From NCBI GenBank assembly GCA_052034085.1, contig JBPOJA010000026.1:414-64413 (forward strand): 64,000 nucleotides of DNA, written 5' to 3'. Positions 44,190-52,623 of the stretch are shown here, piece by piece. A program made the translations under genes and the position numbers. The notes beneath the pieces were generated by a model. That model did no database searches, had not been told where the DNA came from, and saw only the letters and a list, made by a program, of their open reading frames with translations. This stretch comes from Bacillota bacterium. GTDB lineage: Bacteria; Bacillota; Clostridia; Peptostreptococcales; Anaerovoracaceae. The number at the start of each line of letters is the position of its first letter. Positions within the stretch are counted from its first letter, which is position 1.

Positions 44190-44936
44190 TTATTCCAGAA
44201 TCTTCATGCATTCTTCGGTTTTCAGACAACCTATGTCTAAATGACAAAGGGAATAATTTTTTACAACCTCCCGCAAAATGGGAAGCGCATCCTCATTTAA
44301 AGTCAGTTTTTCCAGGCCGGAAAAAGCTGTCTCCGTCAAAAAATCGATTACACTTACTATATCAAATCCCGACCCGTAAATCAATTGTTCCTTATGCTCT
44401 TCCTTGTCGGAACACGCAGGACAGAGCCTTCCACCTTCCGCGACCGAGAACCCTCCGCCTTTTTCCTCAGAACCGCATCTGACGCAGGTTTTCAGATTCG
44501 GTGCACAGCCCATGAGCTTGAGGGTCTTGAACTGATAGGCCAGCAGAAGTATCTCAAACTCCTTGGTCCTTTTTTCCATGTGTGTGAGAAACTCAAGCAG
44601 CATGTTGAAAAGTTTAGGGGCCGGCGCGTCTTCCGGCAACAGTTTCCCTGTAAATTCCATAGCCATGGAAGCGTACATGTATTTGTCAAGGTCGGCGCCA
44701 AGACCGTAATGCGATGAAATCAAGTCGCTGTTGTTGATATGATATTTGTCGCCGGTCTTTCTTATTTCATATTTCCCATGGGCAAAGGGCCGCAGGGCCG
44801 CTGCGGAACGACTCTTGCCTCCTTCGTTGATGGAAGTGCCTGCACTTATAATGCCGCGTGCCTTGCTGAACAGCACTATCATACGCCTGCCGGAAGCAAT
44901 TTTATGTTGTCTTAAAACAATGGCCTCTAATTCCAC
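44190..44936 (-). CDS. recO: DNA repair protein RecO
   Basis: I chose the GTG at 44936 (preceded by AAAGAGG) as the start. The longer ORF-track version (to 45023) translates the palindromic repeat. The protein has an OB-fold N-terminus and the zinc motif CVRCG...CPAC. Confidence 0.85.
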   Translation of the reverse strand: MELEAIVLRQHKIASGRRMIVLFSKARGIISAGTSINEGGKSRSAAALRPFAHGKYEIRKTGDKYHINNSDLISSHYGLGADLDKYMYASMAMEFTGKLLPEDAPAPKLFNMLLEFLTHMEKRTKEFEILLLAYQFKTLKLMGCAPNLKTCVRCGSEEKGGGFSVAEGGRLCPACSDKEEHKEQLIYGSGFDIVSVIDFLTETAFSGLEKLTLNEDALPILREVVKNYSLCHLDIGCLKTEECMKILE

Positions 44937-44947
44937 ATCAACCTCTT

Positions 44948-45032
44948 TGATGACAGATGACAGGGGGACAGCCCTTTTGACACATGACAAAAGGGCTGTC
45001 CCCCTGTCATCACCTGTCATCACCTGTCATCA
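44948..45032. repeat. GACAG palindromic element, locus 3
   Basis: TGATGACAGATGACAGGGGGACAGCCCTTTTGACACATGACAAAAGGGCTGTCCCCCTGTCATCACCTGTCATCACCTGTCATCA. It fills the whole era-recO spacer and includes the era TGA. Confidence 0.9.
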
Positions 45033-45959
45033 TTCCTTATACCCCAATTCCGAAATTGCGAAGCTGCTGTTCCGCCAGTTTTCCCGGACTTTCACATAAA
45101 GTTCGAGAAATACGTGGGCGCCCAGCAGGGCCTCAATTTCCAGCCTGGCGCTTTTTCCTATGCCCTTGAGCTTTTTGCCGCCTTTGCCAATAATAATGCC
45201 TTTGTGTGACTGTTTTTCACAGTAAATCAAGGCTGATATTCTGATCAGATTCTCTGACTCTACAAAGTTTTCAATCTCTACTGCTATGCCGTGGGGAATT
45301 TCCTCTTCAAGATAATGAAGGGCTTTTTCTCTTATGATTTCACTTACCAGAAATCTTTCGGGATGGTCAGTTACCATGTCGGCAGGGAAAAACATGGGCC
45401 CTTCCGGGATGTAATCCCTTATCACTTCCATCACTTTATCCACATTTTTTCCCGTCAGGGCCGATATACCCATAATGTGATCGAACACTCCTGCTGCTTC
45501 ATAGTCCTCATAAATTTCCCTGAAGGTTTCGGGACCCATGACATCGATTTTGTTGATGAGAAGTATGGCTTTTGTGCCGGACTTTTTTATCATCTCCAGA
45601 ATCATATCGCCATCTCTCATGGGCCTGTCCACCAGATAAAGAATCAGATCCACTTCATGCAATGTGTTGGATGCCACACTGCTCATGTATGAACCCAGTT
45701 TGGTCCTGGGCTTGTGAATGCCCGGCGTATCCAGGAACACTATCTGCATTCCGGCCTCTTGCCCGCTTTCCCCGGGTCGGTCTTTGTTTTCCTGCCGCTC
45801 CGTGTAAATGCCTCTTATTACGTTTCTTGTGGTCTGGGGCTTGTCGGCGGTGATAGCCACTTTCTCCCCCAAAATATAGTTAAGCAGACTGGATTTTCCC
45901 ACATTTGGCCTGCCTATGATTCCTACAAACCCGGATTTCATTAATTTCTGCTGCTCCAT
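45030..45959 (-). CDS. era: GTPase Era
   Basis: 309 aa with G1 GRPNVGKSS, G3 DTPG, G4 NKID and a KH domain. About 14 extra residues lie between G2 and G3. Confidence 0.95.
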   Translation of the reverse strand: MEQQKLMKSGFVGIIGRPNVGKSSLLNYILGEKVAITADKPQTTRNVIRGIYTERQENKDRPGESGQEAGMQIVFLDTPGIHKPRTKLGSYMSSVASNTLHEVDLILYLVDRPMRDGDMILEMIKKSGTKAILLINKIDVMGPETFREIYEDYEAAGVFDHIMGISALTGKNVDKVMEVIRDYIPEGPMFFPADMVTDHPERFLVSEIIREKALHYLEEEIPHGIAVEIENFVESENLIRISALIYCEKQSHKGIIIGKGGKKLKGIGKSARLEIEALLGAHVFLELYVKVRENWRNSSFAISELGYKE

Positions 45960-45967
45960 TTTGCCTT

Positions 45968-46369
45968 TTATCTTTCCAGCCGGAAACCTTCCGGCAAAAG
46001 TTCTGTTATTTTATATACTTTCAGGTGGTCTTCATCCTCCCCGGTTATTATCCTCAGGTCATCGCCGAATTCGAACATGAACTGACGGCAGATGCCGCAG
46101 GGAAGCACGGCCCCTTCAGACGAAACCACCGCCACGGTATGAAAGTCTTTTCTGCCTTCTGAGATTGCCTTTACGAAAGCTGTCCGTTCGGCGCAAATAG
46201 TTGCACCGAGGGATGAGTTTTCCACATTTACTCCCGTAAAAACCTCTCCGCCACGGGTCAGAAGAGCCGCGCCTACTGCAAAGTTGGAAAATGGTGCATA
46301 AGCCTTGTTCAGCATGCTCTTCGCCAGTCGAAACAGTTCTTTATCCCTTGATCCGTCATTATTATTCAT
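45968..46369 (-). CDS. cdd: Cytidine deaminase
   Basis: 133 aa with the zinc motifs CAERTA and PCGICRQ. Confidence 0.9.
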   Translation of the reverse strand: MNNNDGSRDKELFRLAKSMLNKAYAPFSNFAVGAALLTRGGEVFTGVNVENSSLGATICAERTAFVKAISEGRKDFHTVAVVSSEGAVLPCGICRQFMFEFGDDLRIITGEDEDHLKVYKITELLPEGFRLER

Positions 46370-46430
46370 CTTATTTTACTCCCCGAACCTCTTTTCTCCC
46401 GAATCTTTCACTCCCTGAACCTATTTCCGG

Positions 46431-46886
46431 TTAATCGCGGGAAAGACCCACTTTGGCCAGGATTGCTTCTTCTTTCTCCCTCATACCCGCTTTTTCATCT
46501 TCTGTCCCATGGTCGAAGCCCAAAAGATGCAAAATGCTGTGAACGAATAGATACGTGAGCTCTCTCTCGGGGGAATGTCCGAATTCATCGGCCTGAAGCA
46601 GAGCCTGTTCGGTGCATATAACCACATCCCCCAGCAGAACCTTACCTGTCGGCGGCAGGTCTCCGATTCCATCGTACTGAGGGAAAGACAAAACATCGGT
46701 GGTTCTGTCCACTCCCCTGTAAAGGGCATTCAATTCGCGTATTTCCTCACTGCTGACAAAACTGACGGAAACGGCAAACCTGTCGGGCTCCAGATCATTT
46801 TCCGTAAAACAGATTTCCGCCGCCTCACGGATCTTTTTAAGTATGGTTCTGCCGGGTTTTCTCTCGTTGCTGAAAATCAGTTCCAT
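46431..46886 (-). CDS. ybeY: rRNA maturation endoribonuclease YbeY
   Basis: 151 aa with the motif HSILHLLGFDH. Confidence 0.9.
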   Translation of the reverse strand: MELIFSNERKPGRTILKKIREAAEICFTENDLEPDRFAVSVSFVSSEEIRELNALYRGVDRTTDVLSFPQYDGIGDLPPTGKVLLGDVVICTEQALLQADEFGHSPERELTYLFVHSILHLLGFDHGTEDEKAGMREKEEAILAKVGLSRD

Positions 46887-46930
46887 TGCTCCACCTTTGC
46901 TCCACCTTTTGTTTTCTTTTGCCTTACTTT

Positions 46931-47929
46931 TTACACATCAACCTTGTCCATCTGCTTCTGAAAATATTCGTAGGCGTTGATAATCCGTCTTACCAGAGGA
47001 TGTCTCACCACATCTTCATCTTTCAGGAAGCAGAAATCAATGCCTCTGACATTTTTTAATATTTTGTGGGCTTCCACCAGGCCTGACTGAGTATGTCCCG
47101 GAAGGTCTATCTGGGTAATGTCGCCTGTGATGACCGCTTTTGATCCGAAGCCCATCCTTGTCAGAAACATCTTCATCTGCTCTCCGGTTGTGTTCTGAGC
47201 TTCGTCCAAAATAATAAATGAATTGTCAAGAGTCCTCCCCCTCATATAAGCAAGGGGAACCACTTCTATAATTTCCCGTTCTTTCAGACGCAGGGCTCCG
47301 TCCCTTCCCAGCATGTCATAAAGGGCATCATAAAGCGGCCTCAGATAAGGATCCACCTTTTCCTGGAGATCTCCCGGCAAAAACCCCAGTCGCTCTCCTG
47401 CTTCCACGGCCGGTCTTGCCAGGACGATTTTTTCCACTTCCTTATTTTTGAGAGCGTTTATCGCCAGGGCGACTGCAATGTAGGTTTTTCCGGTTCCGGC
47501 AGGGCCTATGCCGAAACAGATGTCATGTTCCCTTATGCTCTTTGCATAAAGGGTTTGACCCAGGGTTTTGGGCTTAATGGCCTTGCCTCTGTGCGTAAAA
47601 CATAAAACATCCCCATTAAGCTTTGATTTACTATAGGACAAACCTTGTTTTTTCAAGCTTATTGCATAATTGACTGTTTGGCCGTCAAGCTTTTCTCCCG
47701 CCTGAATAATTGCCACAAGCTCTTCAATGAGGCCGGCTGCTTCCCTGGCTTCATCACCAAGCACGATGAGATTCCCTTCTCTTTGAATAAGGTCAACCCT
47801 GTAGTTGTCCCTGATGATTTTCAGGTTGGTGTCTCCCGGGCCAAAGAGCTGATGGCCTTCCGCCTCAGAACTCAGCTCGATTTTTATCTCGTTAATATCG
47901 TTTGTTGTATTTATTACGTTGCTTCCCAA
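46931..47929 (-). CDS. phoH: PhoH-family ATPase
   Basis: 332 aa with GPAGTGKTY and ILDEAQN, plus the PhoH-typical segment LARPAVEAGERLGFLPG. Confidence 0.9.
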   Translation of the reverse strand: MGSNVINTTNDINEIKIELSSEAEGHQLFGPGDTNLKIIRDNYRVDLIQREGNLIVLGDEAREAAGLIEELVAIIQAGEKLDGQTVNYAISLKKQGLSYSKSKLNGDVLCFTHRGKAIKPKTLGQTLYAKSIREHDICFGIGPAGTGKTYIAVALAINALKNKEVEKIVLARPAVEAGERLGFLPGDLQEKVDPYLRPLYDALYDMLGRDGALRLKEREIIEVVPLAYMRGRTLDNSFIILDEAQNTTGEQMKMFLTRMGFGSKAVITGDITQIDLPGHTQSGLVEAHKILKNVRGIDFCFLKDEDVVRHPLVRRIINAYEYFQKQMDKVDV

Positions 47930-48002
47930 GTAATTTTCTCCTCAAAGTTTATATACTTCTTTGAAACAATTAATCCCTTCGAAATTATCGATCCCTTCGA
48001 AT

Positions 48003-48034
48003 TATAGAAAAGAATAACCCGACTGGCGGGTTAT
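48003..48034 (-). terminator. Rho-independent terminator after rpsU
   Basis: The minus strand reads ATAACCCG-CCAGT-CGGGTTAT followed by TCTTTTCT. Confidence 0.65.
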
Positions 48035-48049
48035 CCTTATCACACTATT

Positions 48050-48229
48050 TTAATATTTTCTTGCTTTTTTCCGTGCCGCCTCGGATTTTTTCTTCCTTCT
48101 GACACTGGGCTTTTCATAGTGTTCCCTTTTGCGAAGCTCAGACATGACGCCGTCTCTGGCACAGGAACGCTTGAATCTCTTTAAAGCGCTTTCGAGGTTT
48201 TCACCCTCTCTAACAACCACTTGAGCCAT
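48050..48229 (-). CDS. rpsU: 30S ribosomal protein S21
   Basis: Own translation (59 aa, below the ORF-track cutoff): [59 protein letters not shown]. The RBS is GGAGGGAGGG. Confidence 0.9.
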   Translation of the reverse strand: MAQVVVREGENLESALKRFKRSCARDGVMSELRKREHYEKPSVRRKKKSEAARKKARKY

Positions 48230-48334
48230 CTATCCATTTTCCCTCCCTCCGTATTTAGGACTTCCGCATTGTCACTCCCGGGCTCACGCCCCTTCCTAAA
48301 TAGAGTTTGTGGAGCGGTTTGCTTACGACTTATC

Positions 48335-48363
48335 ATTATAACTGCTTACTAAAGAATAGGCAA
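48335..48363 (-). promoter_or_regulatory. Putative sigma-A promoter of rpsU
   Basis: The minus strand reads TTGCCT-N17-TATAAT. The -35 abuts the left copy of the IS target duplication. Confidence 0.5.
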
Positions 48364-48391
48364 GCAAATTTATTATAAGATTTACTAATTG
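48363..48391. repeat. Target-site duplication, left copy
   Basis: AGCAAATTTATTATAAGATTTACTAATTG is identical to 49954-49982. The true duplication is 26-29 bp depending on where the IS ends are drawn. Confidence 0.85.
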
Positions 48392-49954
48392 TATGAAGCA
48401 CAAATGATAATGTCACCCTGTAAACGCAAATGAAAATGACACAGTAAAGAATTACAATGGAGCCTGGGAGGTGGTTCCGTTGAGAAAGGTGGCATTAACA
48501 GTGAAAGAAGAATACGTCTATCAACAAATCAAGAATTATGTGCACCAGGGTGGCAATTTTAAGGCTTTGTGTTTAAGATTAGGCTGCAGCGAAAGAACGG
48601 CCCGGCGAAAAATAGCGGGCTACAAAAAAGAAGGTAGAGCTTTCTTCCGCCACAAAAATCATGATAACAAACCAGCTACAACCATATCGGAAGATAAGAG
48701 AAGAGAGTTGATTGAGCTATACAACAAGCTATATTTTGACGCAAACTTTACACATTTTCATCGGCTGCTACAAAGGACTAATTCCGAATTCAGAAATCTC
48801 AGCCTTTCTACCATACGAAACATTATGAAAGAAAATGATATACTCTCGCCCTTAGCCTTTAGAAGCACTAAAAAAGCCCTGAGAATCAAAGACAAGCAGG
48901 AAATAGAAGCAAGTAATCAGGAAGAACCTGTTAAGATAGAAGAACCAACCGTAAGCATTTCTCCTCATCCAAGAAGGGAAAAATCTAAATATGCAGGAGA
49001 ATTAATTTATCAGGATGGATCTGTACATCCCTGGTTTAATGGTGCTTATACAACCCTGCATGCAGCCGTGGATGATGCTACGAGCACATTGGTAGGGGCC
49101 AGATTTGAAGAACAGGAGACTCTAAAAGGCCATTACCATGTCCTTGCTCAAATTCTTAAAAACCATGGTATACTTAACAAGCTTGGTGTTGATGGGCGTA
49201 CTGTATTTGAATACAAAAGAAAGGGCCTGACTTCTTTGGAGGAAGATGCCGCTACTCAATTTGGCTATGCCTGTAAGACTTTAGGCATACAGCTACGATC
49301 CACAACCAGCGCTCAAGCTCAGGGGAAGATTGAAAGACTCTTTGGCACTTTACAATCACGCCTTGTTGTCGAATTACGACTCCAAGGCGTGACCACAATC
49401 GAGCAAGCCAATGAGTTCTTGAAATCATATATCCCCATACATAATCAAGAATTCGCTGCTCCACTTAAATCTATACCATCAGCCTATGAGAAGCAACTAT
49501 CTGATGAGGAAATCAATCTGATTTTGGCTGTAATTTCCAAAAGGACTGTAGATGGTGGTCATTGCATCGCCTACGACAAGCAGCATTACCGCTTTCTTGA
49601 CAGCTATGGAAATCGCATACCCTTGGCTCCAAAGCAGACAGTCTTGGTAATCCGTGCTTTTGATGGCCAATTGTTCGCTTCTTGCAAGGATAGACTCTTT
49701 GCCTTGCAGCAAGTTGCTGACCACAAGAAACATTCTTATGACCTGGATTTTATTACTGAAAAACAAAAGACTCCAAAACCCTATATTCCACCTTTTATGC
49801 ATCCCTGGCGGAAAAATGAATTCGAAGCCTTTGCTAAAGATTATCGATCTTCAAAATATTCCTTTGAAGAGCTTATGTATTCAACCGAAAATATCTACTC
49901 CCTAGAAAACTCATATTTTTGATTTTTGGGTGACATTTTCATTTGTGCTTGACA
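48390..49954 (+). mobile_element. Insertion sequence, ~1.56 kb, ISNCY/IS1202-group-like
   Basis: The terminal inverted repeats are TGTATGAAGCACAAATGATAATGTCACCC and GGGTGACATTTTCATTTGTGCTTGACA, with a 23-bp core and 1 mismatch. It carries a single 483-aa DDE/integrase-core transposase and has perfect long direct repeats on both sides. Confidence 0.85.
48471..49922 (+). CDS. Transposase (N-terminal HTH plus rve/DDE integrase-core domain)
   Basis: 483 aa. It has an N-terminal HTH (LRLGCSERTARRKIAGY) and a DDE core (YQDGSVH..., HAAVDDATS..., GVDGRTVFE). The TTG at 48480 is better spaced from GGGAGG than the GTG at 48471. Confidence 0.85.
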   Translation: MVPLRKVALTVKEEYVYQQIKNYVHQGGNFKALCLRLGCSERTARRKIAGYKKEGRAFFRHKNHDNKPATTISEDKRRELIELYNKLYFDANFTHFHRLLQRTNSEFRNLSLSTIRNIMKENDILSPLAFRSTKKALRIKDKQEIEASNQEEPVKIEEPTVSISPHPRREKSKYAGELIYQDGSVHPWFNGAYTTLHAAVDDATSTLVGARFEEQETLKGHYHVLAQILKNHGILNKLGVDGRTVFEYKRKGLTSLEEDAATQFGYACKTLGIQLRSTTSAQAQGKIERLFGTLQSRLVVELRLQGVTTIEQANEFLKSYIPIHNQEFAAPLKSIPSAYEKQLSDEEINLILAVISKRTVDGGHCIAYDKQHYRFLDSYGNRIPLAPKQTVLVIRAFDGQLFASCKDRLFALQQVADHKKHSYDLDFITEKQKTPKPYIPPFMHPWRKNEFEAFAKDYRSSKYSFEELMYSTENIYSLENSYF

Positions 49955-49982
49955 GCAAATTTATTATAAGATTTACTAATTG
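49954..49982. repeat. Target-site duplication, right copy
   Basis: Identical 29-mer to 48363-48391. Confidence 0.85.
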
Positions 49983-49989
49983 ACCCGTA

Positions 49990-50343
49990 TCAACCCGGCG
50001 GCCACTTCATGAGTCTCTTGCCCAGCAGGTGGAAGTGCACGTGATCAACGGTCTGCATCCCATCCCTTCCGCAGTTGCTTACCAGCCTGTAACCATTTTC
50101 CAGACCGAGGTCTTTAGCAATTTCCCTGACTTTTCCCATCAGATAGCCCAATACTTCCTGATGATGCTCCTCTATATGATCCAATGAAGCTATATGTTCT
50201 TTGGGAATTATAAGCACATGAACGGGAGCCTGCGGATTCAAATCGTGAAAGGCAAGTATTTTATCGTCTTCATAAACGGGATTCGAGGGAATCTCTTTAT
50301 TCACTATTTTGCAAAAAATACAATTATCCATGTCTTCCTCCAT
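49990..50343 (-). CDS. HIT-family (histidine triad) nucleotide hydrolase
   Basis: 117 aa containing CIFCKI and the HVHFHLLG triad. Confidence 0.9.
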   Translation of the reverse strand: MEEDMDNCIFCKIVNKEIPSNPVYEDDKILAFHDLNPQAPVHVLIIPKEHIASLDHIEEHHQEVLGYLMGKVREIAKDLGLENGYRLVSNCGRDGMQTVDHVHFHLLGKRLMKWPPG

Positions 50344-50386
50344 TTCCTATGGCTATGATTATTAATTATCTGTCGGCATTCAGACC

Positions 50387-51727
50387 TCATTTCAGTGAGG
50401 CCATCATACCGTCATTATAGACTTTTTCAAGTATTACTGCAACAAAGGTGTTGATATAGCTCTCACTGCCGGCTTCTGCTGACGGGAGTTTTATATAGGT
50501 TTTCACGAAATTTCCGGTGTGACCTACCAGGCAGCCGCCATCAACTTCTTCCACCAGCACCCTTTCGCTTTTACCTTTTAATCCCTGCAGGAATTCCCGG
50601 GCTGACTCTTCGCCGGCCTTTATCATTTGCGCATTTCTGGCTTTTTTTATCGAAGGATCTATCTGATCTGGCATTTTTGCTGCAGGAGTTCCTTCTCTCA
50701 GCGAATACGGAAATGCGTGGGTTTTGACGAACTTGTTCTCTCTGATTGCTCGCAGGCTTTCCTGAAAATCTTCGTCGCTTTCTCCCGGAAATCCTACAAT
50801 GATGTCAGTGGAAATGCCGTAGTCAGGATCCGTAGCCCGGAGTACTTCTATAATTTTCTCGAAATCCTTCATTTGATAGCGGCGGTTCATAGACTTTAAG
50901 GTTCTGTTACTGCCGCTTTGCATCGAGAGATGCATATGATGGGCAAGTTTGTCAAATTTGAGAAGTCTTTCCGCCAGTTGCCAGTCTATAACATTGGGCT
51001 CAAGGGAACCCAGGCGGATTCGGAAGTCGCCGGGAAGATCGTTCAGCCGGGCCACCAGATTTTCTATGGTTGGCTTTGTACCGTCGCCGTTCGCCGCCGT
51101 CGATTTAAAATCCAGGCCATACAGGGCCGTGTTGATGCCTGTCAGCACCAGCTCCTTGTAACCTTTTTTCAGCAGGTTTTGAGCTTCTTCCACGATATCT
51201 TCTATGCTTCTGCTGCAGACCGGGCCTCTTGCATAGGGAATTATGCAATAAGAACAGAAGCGGTTGCAGCCTTCCTGGATTTTTATCAGGGCCCTTGTCC
51301 TGTCGCCCGGCAGTGTCTGTCCTGAATTTCCCCCCGAAAAATCCAAAAGATTCCGGCCCATGCCCCTGAACTCATGTTCCTCATCCATTTTCAACCTGGC
51401 TTCAATCAAATCCGGCAAATTAAGTTTTTCTTTATTGCCCAGAATAATGTCAACCCCTTCTATGGCCGCTAAATCGTCGGGGTTTATTTCCGCATAGCAG
51501 CCGATGGCAGCAACTATGCTTTCGGGATTGAGCTTTTTCATCCGTTTGATATATTGCCTGGATTTCCTGTCTGCCAGGTGGGTTACGGTACAGGTGTTGA
51601 CTACATAAACATCTGCCATCTCGTCATGATTAACTATGGAGTAGCCCCGTCCGGCAAAATCCTCCATCAGTGAATTGCTTTCGTATTGATTAACTTTACA
51701 GCCTAAAGTGTAGAATGCTACTTTCAT
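50387..51727 (-). CDS. mtaB: tRNA t6A37 methylthiotransferase MtaB (radical SAM, MiaB-like)
   Basis: 446 aa. It has an N-terminal UPF0004 domain (YTLGCKVNQYES, NTCTV), the radical-SAM motif CNRFCSYC and a TRAM-like C-terminus. The gene occupies the yqeV position next to rsmE and prmA. Confidence 0.85.
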   Translation of the reverse strand: MKVAFYTLGCKVNQYESNSLMEDFAGRGYSIVNHDEMADVYVVNTCTVTHLADRKSRQYIKRMKKLNPESIVAAIGCYAEINPDDLAAIEGVDIILGNKEKLNLPDLIEARLKMDEEHEFRGMGRNLLDFSGGNSGQTLPGDRTRALIKIQEGCNRFCSYCIIPYARGPVCSRSIEDIVEEAQNLLKKGYKELVLTGINTALYGLDFKSTAANGDGTKPTIENLVARLNDLPGDFRIRLGSLEPNVIDWQLAERLLKFDKLAHHMHLSMQSGSNRTLKSMNRRYQMKDFEKIIEVLRATDPDYGISTDIIVGFPGESDEDFQESLRAIRENKFVKTHAFPYSLREGTPAAKMPDQIDPSIKKARNAQMIKAGEESAREFLQGLKGKSERVLVEEVDGGCLVGHTGNFVKTYIKLPSAEAGSESYINTFVAVILEKVYNDGMMASLK

Positions 51728-51774
51728 TGTTGCTCCGGTTCGTACGATTGTTATTGCTCCAGTTCGTACATAAG

Positions 51775-52599
51775 TTATTGCTCCAATTCGTACATAATCA
51801 TGGCCAGTGCTGCCGGCCCTGCCGTCTCTGTTCGCAATATTGTTTTACCCAATGAGAGGGCTTTTCCGCCCTTTTCGGTAATCAGGGCCGCCTCTCCGAC
51901 GGAAAAGCCTCCTTCCGGGCCAATCACAAGCCCGATTTCAGGCCCTGTTTCAGGTCTTGCTTCAGGCCCTCTTTTCAGCCCGTCTCCGCCGGTTCCGATT
52001 CCTGCTGATGCTGCAGCCGTCAAGGCCAGCCACTGCCTGAGCACATCTTTCATGCTAGTACCCTTTTCATCTTCGTATGGGAAAAGCACAAGGTCAAAGT
52101 GCCCGAACATTTCTGTCATCTCTTCAAGTTTCAATGGTTCGGCAACTTCGGGTATTATGCCCCTTTTGCACTGTTTAACTGCTTCTGCGGCCATCCTGTT
52201 CCATCTTTGAATTTTGCCCCTGTTTTCTTTATCCTTCACAACTGTACGGCTGCAATATACCGGAACAATCTTATAAACGCCCAGCTCCACGGATTTTTGA
52301 ATAATTGTTTCCATTTTTCCCTGCTTGGGAAGGCACTGGAACAAAGTGACCCGGGTGGTCGCCTCGCCTCTGAAAGCCTGTTTATCTATAATTCTCCCCA
52401 CCACTATGGAGTCGTCCCCGACAGATTCAGGAATGCTTACAAGCTCCACAATATACTCGAACTCTGTGGAGTCTGAAACTTCGATCTTATCGCCGGCCTT
52501 AAGTCTCAGCACTTTCACGATATGCTTTATATCGTCTTTATCGATTATTTCTATGTTTTCCCCGCCCACCCGGGCAGGCTCCACAAAAAACCTGTTCAC
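51775..52599 (-). CDS. rsmE: 16S rRNA (uracil1498-N3)-methyltransferase RsmE with ~30-aa internal insertion
   Basis: 274 aa. The opening is MNRFFV, the core is KSVELGV and the SAM-binding motif is IGPEGGFS. The segment LTAAASAGIGTGGDGLKRGPEARPETGPE precedes IGPEGG. Confidence 0.85.
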   Translation of the reverse strand: MNRFFVEPARVGGENIEIIDKDDIKHIVKVLRLKAGDKIEVSDSTEFEYIVELVSIPESVGDDSIVVGRIIDKQAFRGEATTRVTLFQCLPKQGKMETIIQKSVELGVYKIVPVYCSRTVVKDKENRGKIQRWNRMAAEAVKQCKRGIIPEVAEPLKLEEMTEMFGHFDLVLFPYEDEKGTSMKDVLRQWLALTAAASAGIGTGGDGLKRGPEARPETGPEIGLVIGPEGGFSVGEAALITEKGGKALSLGKTILRTETAGPAALAMIMYELEQ

Positions 52600-52623
52600 C
52601 TTATTTTGTCTTAACCTCCGGGG

